Source of the DNA: Candidatus Poribacteria bacterium
GTDB taxonomy: Bacteria; Poribacteria; WGA-4E; PCPOR2b
Assembly (NCBI GenBank): GCA_965218095.1
Contig: OZ244587.1
Span: forward strand, 960,001 to 1,024,000
Reading direction: 5' to 3'
DNA length: 64,000 nt
Position 1 is the first letter of the stretch. Every line of letters begins with the position of its first letter. Position numbers and translations under genes: made by a program. Below, piece by piece: positions 1 to 9,436 of the stretch. A model generated the notes under the pieces. The model was not told the origin of the DNA, did not search any database, and saw only the letters and a program-made list of their open reading frames with translations.

Positions 1-1618
1 GCACCACAGGAGCCTCCACAGAGTTGTCATAGTTTTGAGGAAGCATTGGATAGAGCTGGGGCCATTCGTCTGCCACTCCATCAATCACCACCTCTTCGCT
101 CATACGAACCGCTCGACCCCGATCTCGGCGATCTGGATTGTTTAGTCCTGTTGATTGGTCGAAGGCAAGGTTTACTCCTCCTGCTGGATTGGCCTCCAGG
201 ATGGAGACCTCAGAAACCGCTGCATTCGGACCCGCCAAGCGGTTAAAGTTCAGGGCAATCTCGGCATCGGCATAAGCCTCACTCGGAATTGCATACATGT
301 AGGAATCCGCTTTGCCTTTAGGAAGTTCCATCGCATCATGTAGAAGAAACCCATCAACGTCAAGATTCTGTATCCGCCCGCCCCCTTTTTCCTGGAGGTA
401 GGTTACGTGCACCCAGTATAGCCGCGATGGTTCTAAGCCGGTGTATCTGATTTCGACCGTATCGTAATGATAGGCGAAGCTTTTCTGGCTGGGTGTATTA
501 CCGGCGTCCACGTTGTCCGCATCATCACCTTCTGGCAGCAGGTAGCGATTTCCATCACTTATACCTCTATCAAACGCAAAGCCCCGGTCCAGGTGAGGTG
601 CAAAGGCATTGCCAGCCTCCCCCAGATTTTCATAATGCATCTGTACTGCGTTGTAATCGCTTAACCTGTCATCAACAGGAGGCGGCAATCGGTAGTTATC
701 AGTGAAAATCTCAAATTCTCGAATTTCAGGATAATCACCATACCAATCCCCTCGTTCAATCCGTAGGCGAACATAACGTCCCAATATCGGTAGATGGAAC
801 CGGCGGAGATGCGTCACCGTCTCATCGGCGAGTATGTGGGACACAAAAATCTCTGTGTAATCATGTCCGTTGTCGCTGACGGAAAAGTGATAACGTTTGA
901 GGTTGTTTCCGGGGCCATCCGTCGTGAGACGCACACCGTAAATTTTCTGATTCCCGCCGAGATCGCCTGTCACGTCAATTGCCCTTGTTGGGGTTCTGTA
1001 AGAGATCCCCGTCTCCTTCCTGACATCCGCTTGCTTTACCGCTTTCTCCATCCGTTGAGCGGCAATCCATTTCGAGCCTTCAAAGAGGAGGAGATCTGTC
1101 AGTTTCGGCAATTCGGCAGGATTGTAGTTCGCATCAATCGCTTGGATTGGGCTATGGGATTCATAGCGCACACCGACGCGAAACTCATCTTTCTTCAATT
1201 GTGGCTTGTTGCTAAACCAGTCGTTGATAACAACCTGCACCCAACGCGCCTCTACCGGGAAGAAAGCCTGCCACGTATATGTGTACTCACGAGAGCTCCC
1301 ATTATAAGAAAAGGCGCGGTCAAATTGTTGTTTGGCACGGTCGGTCTGAACGAGTAAATCATACTGTTTGGGACCACTTTCATCGGCATTTTCAAATAGA
1401 ATTTCCGCGTTGTCAATCCTATAAACAAATCCCAAATCATATGTTGTAAAAATCGGATCCGTCCGCAGAATATCCGTGTAGTGTAGGGGTTCATTATCGA
1501 GTGTGCGTACAGGTTTGATAAACACCTGATCGACGACCGAGACGACTTCTCCACGCGGATAAAAAAGAAATCCGAGTAACAGGGCGCTCCCGCCGAGTAT
1601 CAGATATTTGAGTGTCAT
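1..1618 (-). CDS. Secreted protein, partial (runs off window start); discoidin/F5-8 type C-like domains followed by the start of a CBM9-like sugar-binding domain
   Basis: Manual translation from ATG at 1618 (GAGGAG RBS upstream): MTLKYLILGGSALLLGFLFY signal/anchor, DLGGNQKIYGVRL and RYVRLRI...IREFEIF discoidin-like motifs, VIDGVADEW near the edge. Not in the ORF track, consistent with no stop before the window edge. Confidence 0.7.
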   Translation of the reverse strand, partial: MTLKYLILGGSALLLGFLFYPRGEVVSVVDQVFIKPVRTLDNEPLHYTDILRTDPIFTTYDLGFVYRIDNAEILFENADESGPKQYDLLVQTDRAKQQFDRAFSYNGSSREYTYTWQAFFPVEARWVQVVINDWFSNKPQLKKDEFRVGVRYESHSPIQAIDANYNPAELPKLTDLLLFEGSKWIAAQRMEKAVKQADVRKETGISYRTPTRAIDVTGDLGGNQKIYGVRLTTDGPGNNLKRYHFSVSDNGHDYTEIFVSHILADETVTHLRRFHLPILGRYVRLRIERGDWYGDYPEIREFEIFTDNYRLPPPVDDRLSDYNAVQMHYENLGEAGNAFAPHLDRGFAFDRGISDGNRYLLPEGDDADNVDAGNTPSQKSFAYHYDTVEIRYTGLEPSRLYWVHVTYLQEKGGGRIQNLDVDGFLLHDAMELPKGKADSYMYAIPSEAYADAEIALNFNRLAGPNAAVSEVSILEANPAGGVNLAFDQSTGLNNPDRRDRGRAVRMSEEVVIDGVADEWPQLYPMLPQNYDNSVEAPVV

Positions 1619-1703
1619 CGGAGCGGGTTCTCCTCAAGTGTGATGTTGTAGAGCAAGTAATATTCTTGTTTTCCTAATTCGTTCATTCGCCGATTCGCTG
1701 ATT

Positions 1704-4094
1704 TTACAGACCGAGCTCTCGCCGAAGCGCCATTAAACGCTGATTGATCTTCGTTTTGTTGAGCCGGTTGCCCTCAAGATACTCTCGAAATTCCGGTGGC
1801 AGCACGGCAGGGATCATTGAACGAGAGTTCGCTTCCCGCAGGGAAAGGAGTCTCATGAACTCATTCATCTCTCGGGAATAGTCCGGGACAAAATCCGTCA
1901 TGGATTCGGTGAGATCCGCCTCAGTCACGGCCTGGCGGTTACTGCGTTTCGCAATGTTATAGCTTCGCTGCACGATAGCCGCAAGGTCGCTGGTGCTGAG
2001 TCCCTTTGTATATTGATCGGCAGCAATTCTCCCAAAATCGATATTTTGGACATCAATCGGGAGCGATTTGCAAAACATCTCCAGAATCTCAGAACGTTCG
2101 GCCTCTGTGGGGGGGAGAAAGATCAATTTGTAATCAAAGACCCCACTTCTCCGAAAGATTGGGTCCATCAGATCCGGACGGTTCGATGCCCCGATCCATA
2201 TCACTTTACCGTGCAACGCTGGGTCATTGATTGCATTCAATAGCTCAACGGGCAACACACTGTCGAAGCGATCCGGCTGCATATCCACCCGTACTGTCCC
2301 AGCCTGATCAATTTCATCGATAAATGCAACGACAGGCGTAATCGCCCGAATAAAGTTGATAGCGAACTTCAAGTTTCGCTCATAAATGCGTTCCTCAACA
2401 CCAGGAACAGCGTATTCCATTCCAAGCCCTTCACGTGCATTTTTCAGCCGCACAAATGACATATTTCCGTGACCTGCGAGCAGCTTCGCGGCTAACAGCC
2501 TGCCCGTACCGGGAATGCCTAAGAAAAGCATCCCGCGTGGCACACGCCGGAGATCGCCTTCATTCATGGCGGCGCCGACGTCCCGAATGACATCAACCAC
2601 ATGGTCCAGACCGCCAACCGCTTCCAGATCAGAAGAAGTGCTGCCGACTTCGAGAATGCCGCGGCTGAAAATCTCAACGCTTTCACGGCGGTAGCTTGTG
2701 ACCAACTCGCGGGTAATTGGCTGTCGCATCTCCTCTGATTGCAGCGCGACGTCGTGTATACCGAACAGGTTCAATCCTGCTGTATCTCTTGCCAATTGCT
2801 CTTTACTCAGATCGGCGGCAAGAGTGAGCCGGGAAGTCAATTGGGCGTGATTTTCGGGCGGTTCCCCAACCGGGAGATTCATCAGATGCTCAATAAACGT
2901 CAGCTGCTCATCGTAGTCAGGAAATGGAATCTCGACGACGGGTATATCGGGATTCCTGGTCAGGGCTGGCTGGACTTCGGCGAGGTTTTGCGTCACCAGC
3001 AGAACAATATGTTTTTGCAGGCGCATATCCAGATCCATCGCCCAGTGTTGAAACGTGTCGAGGAACAGCAGCACCTCCTTTTCGAGCGTGGTTAGTTCAG
3101 CATTCGGCACAATCTTTTCCACAAAGTTAATCACCAATCCAACCTTCGCGTGTTCCTGATGAAGGAGTCCATCGAGTTTTGTGCGTAACTCCTCGTTGGG
3201 GGGGAGTTTACCGGTAATGAACTTATCTTCATGCAGATTCCAGTGAACAACCTTTGAGTTAATCGGTATGCGCACCGGCTGACTTTCATCTTCTCCAAGC
3301 GCCTCCCACACTGCCTTATCAACCATCACGCGGTTTCCGTATGCATCCTCGCCTGAAAGCTCAAATGCATGCGGTTCTCCGGGGGAGATGCGATCTCCGG
3401 GTGATTCAATCTTCAACTTTGCCAATGCGCCGGGAACCACCGTGATCTCCCCAGATTCTGCGGTTACTTTGCCGACTACAGCGCGGACTTTACCTTCGCC
3501 TACCTTTGTCGCAGTGAAGACCCCGGCTGGTGTGACAGATCCAATATTGCCGATGACACGCCACTCCGCTTGCCGAACTCTGATTGCATGCCCTGAACGG
3601 TCATAGGCAGTGAGGGTGAACTGTCGCATCTTTCCTGATGTAATCACGCCCTCTCTCGGTGAAATCTCAAGCCGCAGGATCTGATCGGTTACGATCTGGA
3701 TCGGCTCCGATTCCGCGCTCACTTCCCCAACAGTCGCACGGATTCGTGTGTTCCCCACTTGATTGGGGATAAACGTCCCATCAGGGCGAAATTCTCCCAT
3801 TGGTGGGATGTCGCTGACCTTCCCTTCCCACGCCTCTTCGTGGGGAAGTAAGCCCAACAACTTTTGTGCTGCTTTCCACCGATTCACATCGGGCCAAATG
3901 ATTCCCTGCGAAGGGCTATATCCAATCACGAGATCGCAGCCGAGGGTGTTCAGTTGCTCCATCAAATAGTACAACATCGGCAGGTAGCCGTAGATATCAT
4001 CACGGGCGAGGTCATGCGCGTTAAAATGCAATAGAAACTGATGCGCCGCTCCCGCTTTATATTCTGAGGCAATCCGAGGCCAAAACTGGGACAT
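1704..4094 (-). CDS. AAA+ ATPase (Ycf46/SpoVK-like) with inserted Ig-like repeats and an atypical Walker A
   Basis: VGGLDHV, Walker A-like GIPGTGRL, Walker B VAFIDEID, IGASNRPDLMDP second region of homology. Start at MSQFW chosen for its AGGAG RBS. Confidence 0.8.
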   Translation of the reverse strand: MSQFWPRIASEYKAGAAHQFLLHFNAHDLARDDIYGYLPMLYYLMEQLNTLGCDLVIGYSPSQGIIWPDVNRWKAAQKLLGLLPHEEAWEGKVSDIPPMGEFRPDGTFIPNQVGNTRIRATVGEVSAESEPIQIVTDQILRLEISPREGVITSGKMRQFTLTAYDRSGHAIRVRQAEWRVIGNIGSVTPAGVFTATKVGEGKVRAVVGKVTAESGEITVVPGALAKLKIESPGDRISPGEPHAFELSGEDAYGNRVMVDKAVWEALGEDESQPVRIPINSKVVHWNLHEDKFITGKLPPNEELRTKLDGLLHQEHAKVGLVINFVEKIVPNAELTTLEKEVLLFLDTFQHWAMDLDMRLQKHIVLLVTQNLAEVQPALTRNPDIPVVEIPFPDYDEQLTFIEHLMNLPVGEPPENHAQLTSRLTLAADLSKEQLARDTAGLNLFGIHDVALQSEEMRQPITRELVTSYRRESVEIFSRGILEVGSTSSDLEAVGGLDHVVDVIRDVGAAMNEGDLRRVPRGMLFLGIPGTGRLLAAKLLAGHGNMSFVRLKNAREGLGMEYAVPGVEERIYERNLKFAINFIRAITPVVAFIDEIDQAGTVRVDMQPDRFDSVLPVELLNAINDPALHGKVIWIGASNRPDLMDPIFRRSGVFDYKLIFLPPTEAERSEILEMFCKSLPIDVQNIDFGRIAADQYTKGLSTSDLAAIVQRSYNIAKRSNRQAVTEADLTESMTDFVPDYSREMNEFMRLLSLREANSRSMIPAVLPPEFREYLEGNRLNKTKINQRLMALRRELGL

Positions 4095-4335
4095 TGTTTT
4101 CTCCTGAACCTGAAGGCTTTGATTTGTTGATATTATCATAGCATGTGGGCTCGCAAGGCGCAAGGGGTTTTCGTTTACCCTTGACATATTTTTGGCTGCG
4201 TGGGATAATGAAAACATAAAAACGGGAAAGGAAACGCTTCCGATAAAGGGTAAAGAATAAGAGAGAAAAACTGATAGATCCATTGGTCCATAGATCTGGA
4301 ATTGCTTACTCCCTTCCCTTTGAGTCTACAACTCC

Positions 4336-4396
4336 GCTTCGCGAGAGTCGCGGTGAAGCCGGATCTGCCCCGATCCATCGGGGAGTACGCTCCTAC
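4336..4396. repeat. REP-like palindromic element (GTAG-type end)
   Basis: Hairpins gcttcgcga/tcgcggtgaagc and ccccgat/atcgggg followed by cgctcctac. Confidence 0.4.
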
Positions 4397-4640
4397 TCCC
4401 CATGTTCAGTGCCATGAGCAAGCCCTTCCGCGCTCCTGCCCATGCTCGCCCAAAGTGCCATACGGCTTCCCGGAAATGGAGAAAGTTCGAGAAGAAGCGA
4501 CTGGAGTTGCGCTGACATTTTCTTTCCACACTCCCAATAAGAAATTAGGTTGAGGAATACTTAGAGACGTGATACAATGAAGGTACAAAATATGAAGCAA
4601 CGGGAAGAATAAATGAGAAATAGAAAGGAAAAGTTGTCGA

Positions 4641-4967
4641 ATGTCTCAGTTTGTTAAAGCTGCGAAAACGACTGAAATTCGGACCGGTGATTGTCTCGGT
4701 GTTAAGGTCGAAGGCGTTTTTATTGGCATCTACAACATTAACGGGAACTATTACGTGATGAACAACATCTGCCCACACCTTGGCGGGATTTTAAGCTACG
4801 GTTTCCTAGATGATAACGTTATTACTTGTCCGCTCCACATGTGGGAATTTGATGTGAAGACGGGAAAATGCGTTTGGCCGGAGCAGGAGCGGCTCCCAAC
4901 CTATCTTGTGAAAGTCGAAGGCGAGGATATTCTTGTCGATGTCGATTTACCCCAATTTGCAGATTGA
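4641..4967 (+). CDS. Rieske [2Fe-2S] ferredoxin (dioxygenase ferredoxin/NirD-like)
   Basis: CPHLG and CPLHMWEFD Rieske motifs; 108 aa. Confidence 0.9.
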   Translation: MSQFVKAAKTTEIRTGDCLGVKVEGVFIGIYNINGNYYVMNNICPHLGGILSYGFLDDNVITCPLHMWEFDVKTGKCVWPEQERLPTYLVKVEGEDILVDVDLPQFAD

Positions 4968-5088
4968 TGGGTCAGAAAACAGGGATACAAGGCAAGTGAG
5001 CCGTGTTTATACATCACAAAATCGCAGCGTCTCATCGATTCCCTGAACGGTTACCAAAACAGAAACGATTTAGAAGGAGTTGGAGTCT

Positions 5089-6045
5089 ATGGCATATTTA
5101 ATAACTGGTGGAATGGGGTGTATTGGATCTTACGTCATCCATGATTTCCTCAACGCCGGCGAAAAAATCGTTGTGTATGATTTTGTACATGATCTGACGA
5201 TCCCCAAGATGGTATTGACGGAGGAACAACTTGAACGGTTCACCTTTGTTCAGGGGGACATCGCTGATCTCCCCCATCTGTTGCGAACCGTTAAGGCGCA
5301 CGAAATTGATCGAATTATCCATCTTGCATCGTGGCAGGTTCCGGCGTGCAATGCCAACCCTCCCCGGGCATTGAAGATTGTCTGTGAAGGCACAATCAAT
5401 ATGTTCGAGGCGGCGCGAATTTTCAATCTCAAGCGGGTTGTCTGGGCAAGCAGCGTTGCAGTCTTCGGATCGCCGGAAGACTACGATTATCAGCAGATCG
5501 CGAATGATGCCCCACACTTCCCCAAGTTCATCTATGGGGCTTGCAAATCTCTCAATGAAAGGTATGCCACGCACTACTTTGACAACTACGGTGTGGACAT
5601 AATTGGGCTGCGGTTTACGGCGGTTTACGGTGTTGGCCGGACACGGGGGATGAGTTCATTCTCGACGCAGATGATCGAATCGGTTGCGTTGGGACAGCCT
5701 TACGTTTCACCCTTCGGTGACGATGCTATCGACTGGCAATACGTTGAAGATGTCTCTCGATCTATTGTGATGTCCTGTATCTGCCCATCCACGAAAACGC
5801 GGGTCTTCAATGTCAAGGGCGGTATCCGTCCCGTAAAGGAAGGTGTGGCTTACCTGAAGAAACTGGCGCCTGATGCACAGATCACGCTTGAGCCGGGCGT
5901 GTTTGGGATCTCATGGGATTACGATGCCACGCCAATCGCCGAAGAGATCGGATTCACGCCTGCGTACACGATGGAGCAGGGTATTCTGAAAACCTTCAAT
6001 CGTTTCCGTGAATTGGCGGGGTTGGATCCAATTCAGGAGACGTGA
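5089..6045 (+). CDS. NAD-dependent epimerase/dehydratase (extended SDR)
   Basis: LITGGMGCIG Rossmann motif, YGACK (YxxxK), GLRFTAVYG. Confidence 0.9.
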   Translation: MAYLITGGMGCIGSYVIHDFLNAGEKIVVYDFVHDLTIPKMVLTEEQLERFTFVQGDIADLPHLLRTVKAHEIDRIIHLASWQVPACNANPPRALKIVCEGTINMFEAARIFNLKRVVWASSVAVFGSPEDYDYQQIANDAPHFPKFIYGACKSLNERYATHYFDNYGVDIIGLRFTAVYGVGRTRGMSSFSTQMIESVALGQPYVSPFGDDAIDWQYVEDVSRSIVMSCICPSTKTRVFNVKGGIRPVKEGVAYLKKLAPDAQITLEPGVFGISWDYDATPIAEEIGFTPAYTMEQGILKTFNRFRELAGLDPIQET

Positions 6046-6123
6046 TTCGTGGAACGTGATGCGTATTGCGTTTCACGAAACTGAACCAGGAGGCCGAAGG
6101 GTGCCGCGAGCGAGAGGCTTTGC

Positions 6124-6405
6124 GTGCTGAACTGGTTGGTCAGGTCAGTGAGGCCCATGCGCAGATTATTGGTACTCATAATGGCATTAATCCATCGAAT
6201 CGATGCAGTTCAGACGGCGCCAATCAGACAAATTAATAACGATCATACCGGACCGATGAGGGAATTTACGGAACTTCGTGCTGAACTCAACGGGCGACTA
6301 GATCGGTTGAACGACAAAATTGATAGACTATACAGGTGGATTATCGGTACCTTCGTTGCGGCTGGAGTGAGCGCGATTGTGTCTATTCTGGATGGATTTT
6401 TCTAA
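6124..6405 (+). CDS. Small coiled-coil protein with C-terminal transmembrane helix (possibly a degraded remnant)
   Basis: ELRAELNGRLDRLNDKIDRLYRWIIGTFVAAGVSAIVSIL. The 5' part is uncertain because a similar ALRAELVGQV segment lies in another frame upstream. Confidence 0.4.
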   Translation: MLNWLVRSVRPMRRLLVLIMALIHRIDAVQTAPIRQINNDHTGPMREFTELRAELNGRLDRLNDKIDRLYRWIIGTFVAAGVSAIVSILDGFF

Positions 6406-6528
6406 AGAGAATTGAAGAAAGGTTAAAATAGAAAGAAGGGTTAGATCTCCGAGTTAACGGAAAACTTTATCATGCTGGAGGATCGGATATGGCCGGTGCT
6501 TCAGCCACATCAAACCATGGGAGGTAAT

Positions 6529-7608
6529 ATGATGAAATTAGGTGCGTTCATGATGCCACTGCATCCGCCGGAGAAAGACCGGACAGAGTGTTTCGAAGAG
6601 GACATCGAATTAATCGTCCTCGCCGACGAGTTAGGATTTACGGAAGCCTGGATTGGCCAGCATCACACGGTCGCCTGGGAACCCATCCCGTCTAACGATG
6701 TGTTCATTAGCAACGTCCTGCCGCGCACAAAGAACATCCGTCTCGGCACCGGTGTATCAATTGTTCCGCAGCACCATCCGGTCAACATTGCCGTTCGCCT
6801 TGCACTCCTCGACCACCTTTCCCGTGGCCGTCTCAATTGTGGCTTTGGGCAAGGAGGTGTGGCGACCGACTGGGGGCTGTTCGACTTGCCGGACCCAAAA
6901 ACGCAGGGGTTGATGACCATTGAGGCAATCGACACCATCCTCAAGCTATGGCAAACCGACCCGCCCTTCGAGTTTAAAGGGGATTTCTGGAATATCAAAC
7001 TCGAAACGCTCGATCACGAGCGTGGGATTGGCGTCCTGCTCCAGCCTTACCAGAAGCCCCATCCACCGATCTCCATGAGCATTGTTAGAGGGAATTCCAT
7101 GGCGGCCCGCACGGCTGGTCAGCGGGGCTATATACCCATAAGCACGAATCTGGTGCCTGGTACGACGCTTGCGAATCATTGGGAGACCTACTGTGCCGGC
7201 GCCGAAGAAGCGGGTCTGCCCGTGCCAGAGCGCTCGAACTGGCGTGTGTCGCGTAGCATCTTTATCGGAGAATCGACCGACGCGGCATGGGAACACGCCA
7301 TGAATGGCAGCTTCGTGCGCGGATACGACTACTTGATCACCGTCCTCAAGGCGGCGAATATGCTGCACATTACGAAGCCTGATCCAGACTTCCCCGATGA
7401 CGAGATGACGCCAGAATACATGCTGAAACACCTGTGCATCATCGGTGATGTGGATGAGTGCATCCGTCGACTCCAGGAGGTGTGGGACGAGTCCGGCGGC
7501 TTCGGTACGTTGCTGATGATCACGCATGACTGGGACGACAGAGCCAAGTGGATACGTTCCCAGGAACTGCTGGCGAAAGAAGTTGTCCCTGCGCTCCCAA
7601 CGATCTGA
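6529..7608 (+). CDS. LLM-class flavin-dependent monooxygenase
   Basis: MKLGAFMMPLHP, ADELGFTEAWIGQHH, LDHLSRGRL, PYQKPHPP; GGAGG RBS. Confidence 0.9.
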   Translation: MMKLGAFMMPLHPPEKDRTECFEEDIELIVLADELGFTEAWIGQHHTVAWEPIPSNDVFISNVLPRTKNIRLGTGVSIVPQHHPVNIAVRLALLDHLSRGRLNCGFGQGGVATDWGLFDLPDPKTQGLMTIEAIDTILKLWQTDPPFEFKGDFWNIKLETLDHERGIGVLLQPYQKPHPPISMSIVRGNSMAARTAGQRGYIPISTNLVPGTTLANHWETYCAGAEEAGLPVPERSNWRVSRSIFIGESTDAAWEHAMNGSFVRGYDYLITVLKAANMLHITKPDPDFPDDEMTPEYMLKHLCIIGDVDECIRRLQEVWDESGGFGTLLMITHDWDDRAKWIRSQELLAKEVVPALPTI

Positions 7609-7645
7609 GGACAGGTAAGATCCTGATTCAGATTTGATACTAAAA

Positions 7646-7763
7646 TGTCACCTTGAGCGAAGCAAAGGGTCTCCGTTACCGTAACTGATGAGATTCTTCC
7701 CCCGCTACGTGGGTCTGGGGCTCTCGCGCAGCAGAGATGCGAGCAGTTGCGCTCAGAATGACA
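7646..7763. repeat. REP-like inverted-repeat element (TGTCA..TGAGCG..AG / GAGATTCTTC..GCTCAGAATGACA) with an internal insertion
   Basis: Terminal complementarity tgtcaccttgagcg / cgctcagaatgaca; intergenic between the monooxygenase and the reductase. Confidence 0.6.
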
Positions 7764-7808
7764 GTTTATGATGCTTTTGAATTCAGAAGCGGTATAAGGA
7801 GACTAACG

Positions 7809-8303
7809 ATGGCATTTGATCCAATACTACAACGGCAAATCATGGGCCGCTTTGCGACAGGTGTCACGCTAGTGACCACGCGGGACGGTGAAAACATTTC
7901 GGGCATGACGGCGAACGCTATCATGTCTCTGTCGCTCGATCCACCGCTGATCGTCGTTTCGGTGGATTGCCAGAATAACATGCACGCGTGCCTGATAGAG
8001 GGCAAGTGTTTCGCGATAAATGTGCTGAAGCAAGATCAGGAAGAGATCTCTCGTCGGTTTGCAGCCCCTGGCCCAAAAGACTTTTCAGACTTGGAGTTGA
8101 CCGTGGCTGAGACCGGTGCGCCGATTCTGGTTGATGCGCTCGCATTTGTGGACTGTCGGCTTGTCGAGGTTGCCTCCGGTGGCGACCACGATATGTTCAT
8201 CGGTGAGCCTGTTGCGGGTGAGACGCACGACGGACAGCCGCTCATTTTCTATAGTGGACAGTACACTCAACTGCATCCACTGGCGATAGCAAAAAACCCT
8301 TAG
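7809..8303 (+). CDS. Flavin reductase family protein (likely partner of the LLM monooxygenase)
   Basis: MGRFATGVTLVT, GMTANA..SLSLDPPL, GGDHDMFIG; AAGGAG RBS. Confidence 0.92.
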   Translation: MAFDPILQRQIMGRFATGVTLVTTRDGENISGMTANAIMSLSLDPPLIVVSVDCQNNMHACLIEGKCFAINVLKQDQEEISRRFAAPGPKDFSDLELTVAETGAPILVDALAFVDCRLVEVASGGDHDMFIGEPVAGETHDGQPLIFYSGQYTQLHPLAIAKNP

Positions 8304-8399
8304 GTCGTGTAGAACTCACTGCTAATGGTGGCTTAGGGCCCGCTCCGCAAGGATTCTGCGAGGCGGAACTTGTTATTGCCCATTGAGAGGGAGAAAGCC

Positions 8400-9334
8400 G
8401 TGATAGATCGCTCGCAAGTTCGAGAAGCACTCACTGGCCCTGTTGCATCGGTCCATACCCCCTTTCAACGCGATGGCGAAATTGACGAAAAAGGGCTGAA
8501 GAATTTCATTAACCACGCCATTGACGCCGGAAGCGGGAGCATCATCTTGACCTATGGCGACAGCCTGTATTCGCTGTTGACCGATGAGGAAGTCGCCTCC
8601 ATCACCAAAGTTGTCGCACGACATGTGGCGGGTCGCGCCATGGTTATCGCGGCGGATAGACAGTGGTGGACCGGCAAAGAAGTAGAATTTGCCAAATATG
8701 CTAAAAGCGTCGGTGCAGATCTGCTCATGGTCTTGCCCCCCAACTGGGTGGCGTCCTGCACAGTGGAAACCTTCGTCGAACACTATGCCGCTGTCGCCGA
8801 ACACATCCCGGTGATGGTCGTGACCAACGTGTTTGCGCCTGCGCCAGACCTTGGCCTGGAGACGTTAAAAATCTTACGTGATGAAGTAGAGGGTGTCGTC
8901 GCCATCAAGGATGATATTTGTGGCGCGTTTGCCAGACGGATGGGGTTGCTGGTTTGCTGGTTTACGATCATTGGGGAGTGATTTCCGGGGGACTGAAGCA
9001 AAACCATTTGGACATCCTGCCCTATGGCTGCGATGGATATTTCTCCACCTTCATTCATTTCAGACCGGATATTACCCAACAATACTGGGGGGCAATTCAG
9101 GCGCAGGATTGGAAACGGGGCAAGGAGATTATCAAAAATTACGATATGCCTTATTTCGATTTCGTCGGTGGGTTGACGGGAGGAGGGGACGCTGGCATCC
9201 ATGGCACGCTTGAGTTATTCGGGATTGCCGGGCGGTGGCGCAGGAAGCCCTACCACACACTTGATGACGAGGAGATGGAGCGGTTGAAAGGTTTCTTCCA
9301 ATCCAAGGGCTTGTTTACAACATTAGTGACATAG
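8400..9334 (+). pseudogene. DapA/N-acetylneuraminate lyase-family gene split by a frameshift
   Basis: ORFs 8370-8981 and 8918-9334 join into one DapA-like protein (VAIKDD Schiff-base Lys) if one copy of the tandem TGCTGGTT at 8947-8962 is removed. Confidence 0.8.
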
Positions 9335-9436
9335 AGGGCAGGTTTTCTTGTCATCAAATACTTACACCTATGAGCATATGCGATCCATAGTATTCAGCTT
9401 CCGAAAACGAGATCTTCATTAGGGGATGGGAGATAA

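Noticed and set aside
794-1357. 187-aa + strand ORF and other short ORFs in 46-1554
   Set aside because: They overlap the longer minus-strand gene 1-1618, which has an RBS, signal peptide and domain motifs.
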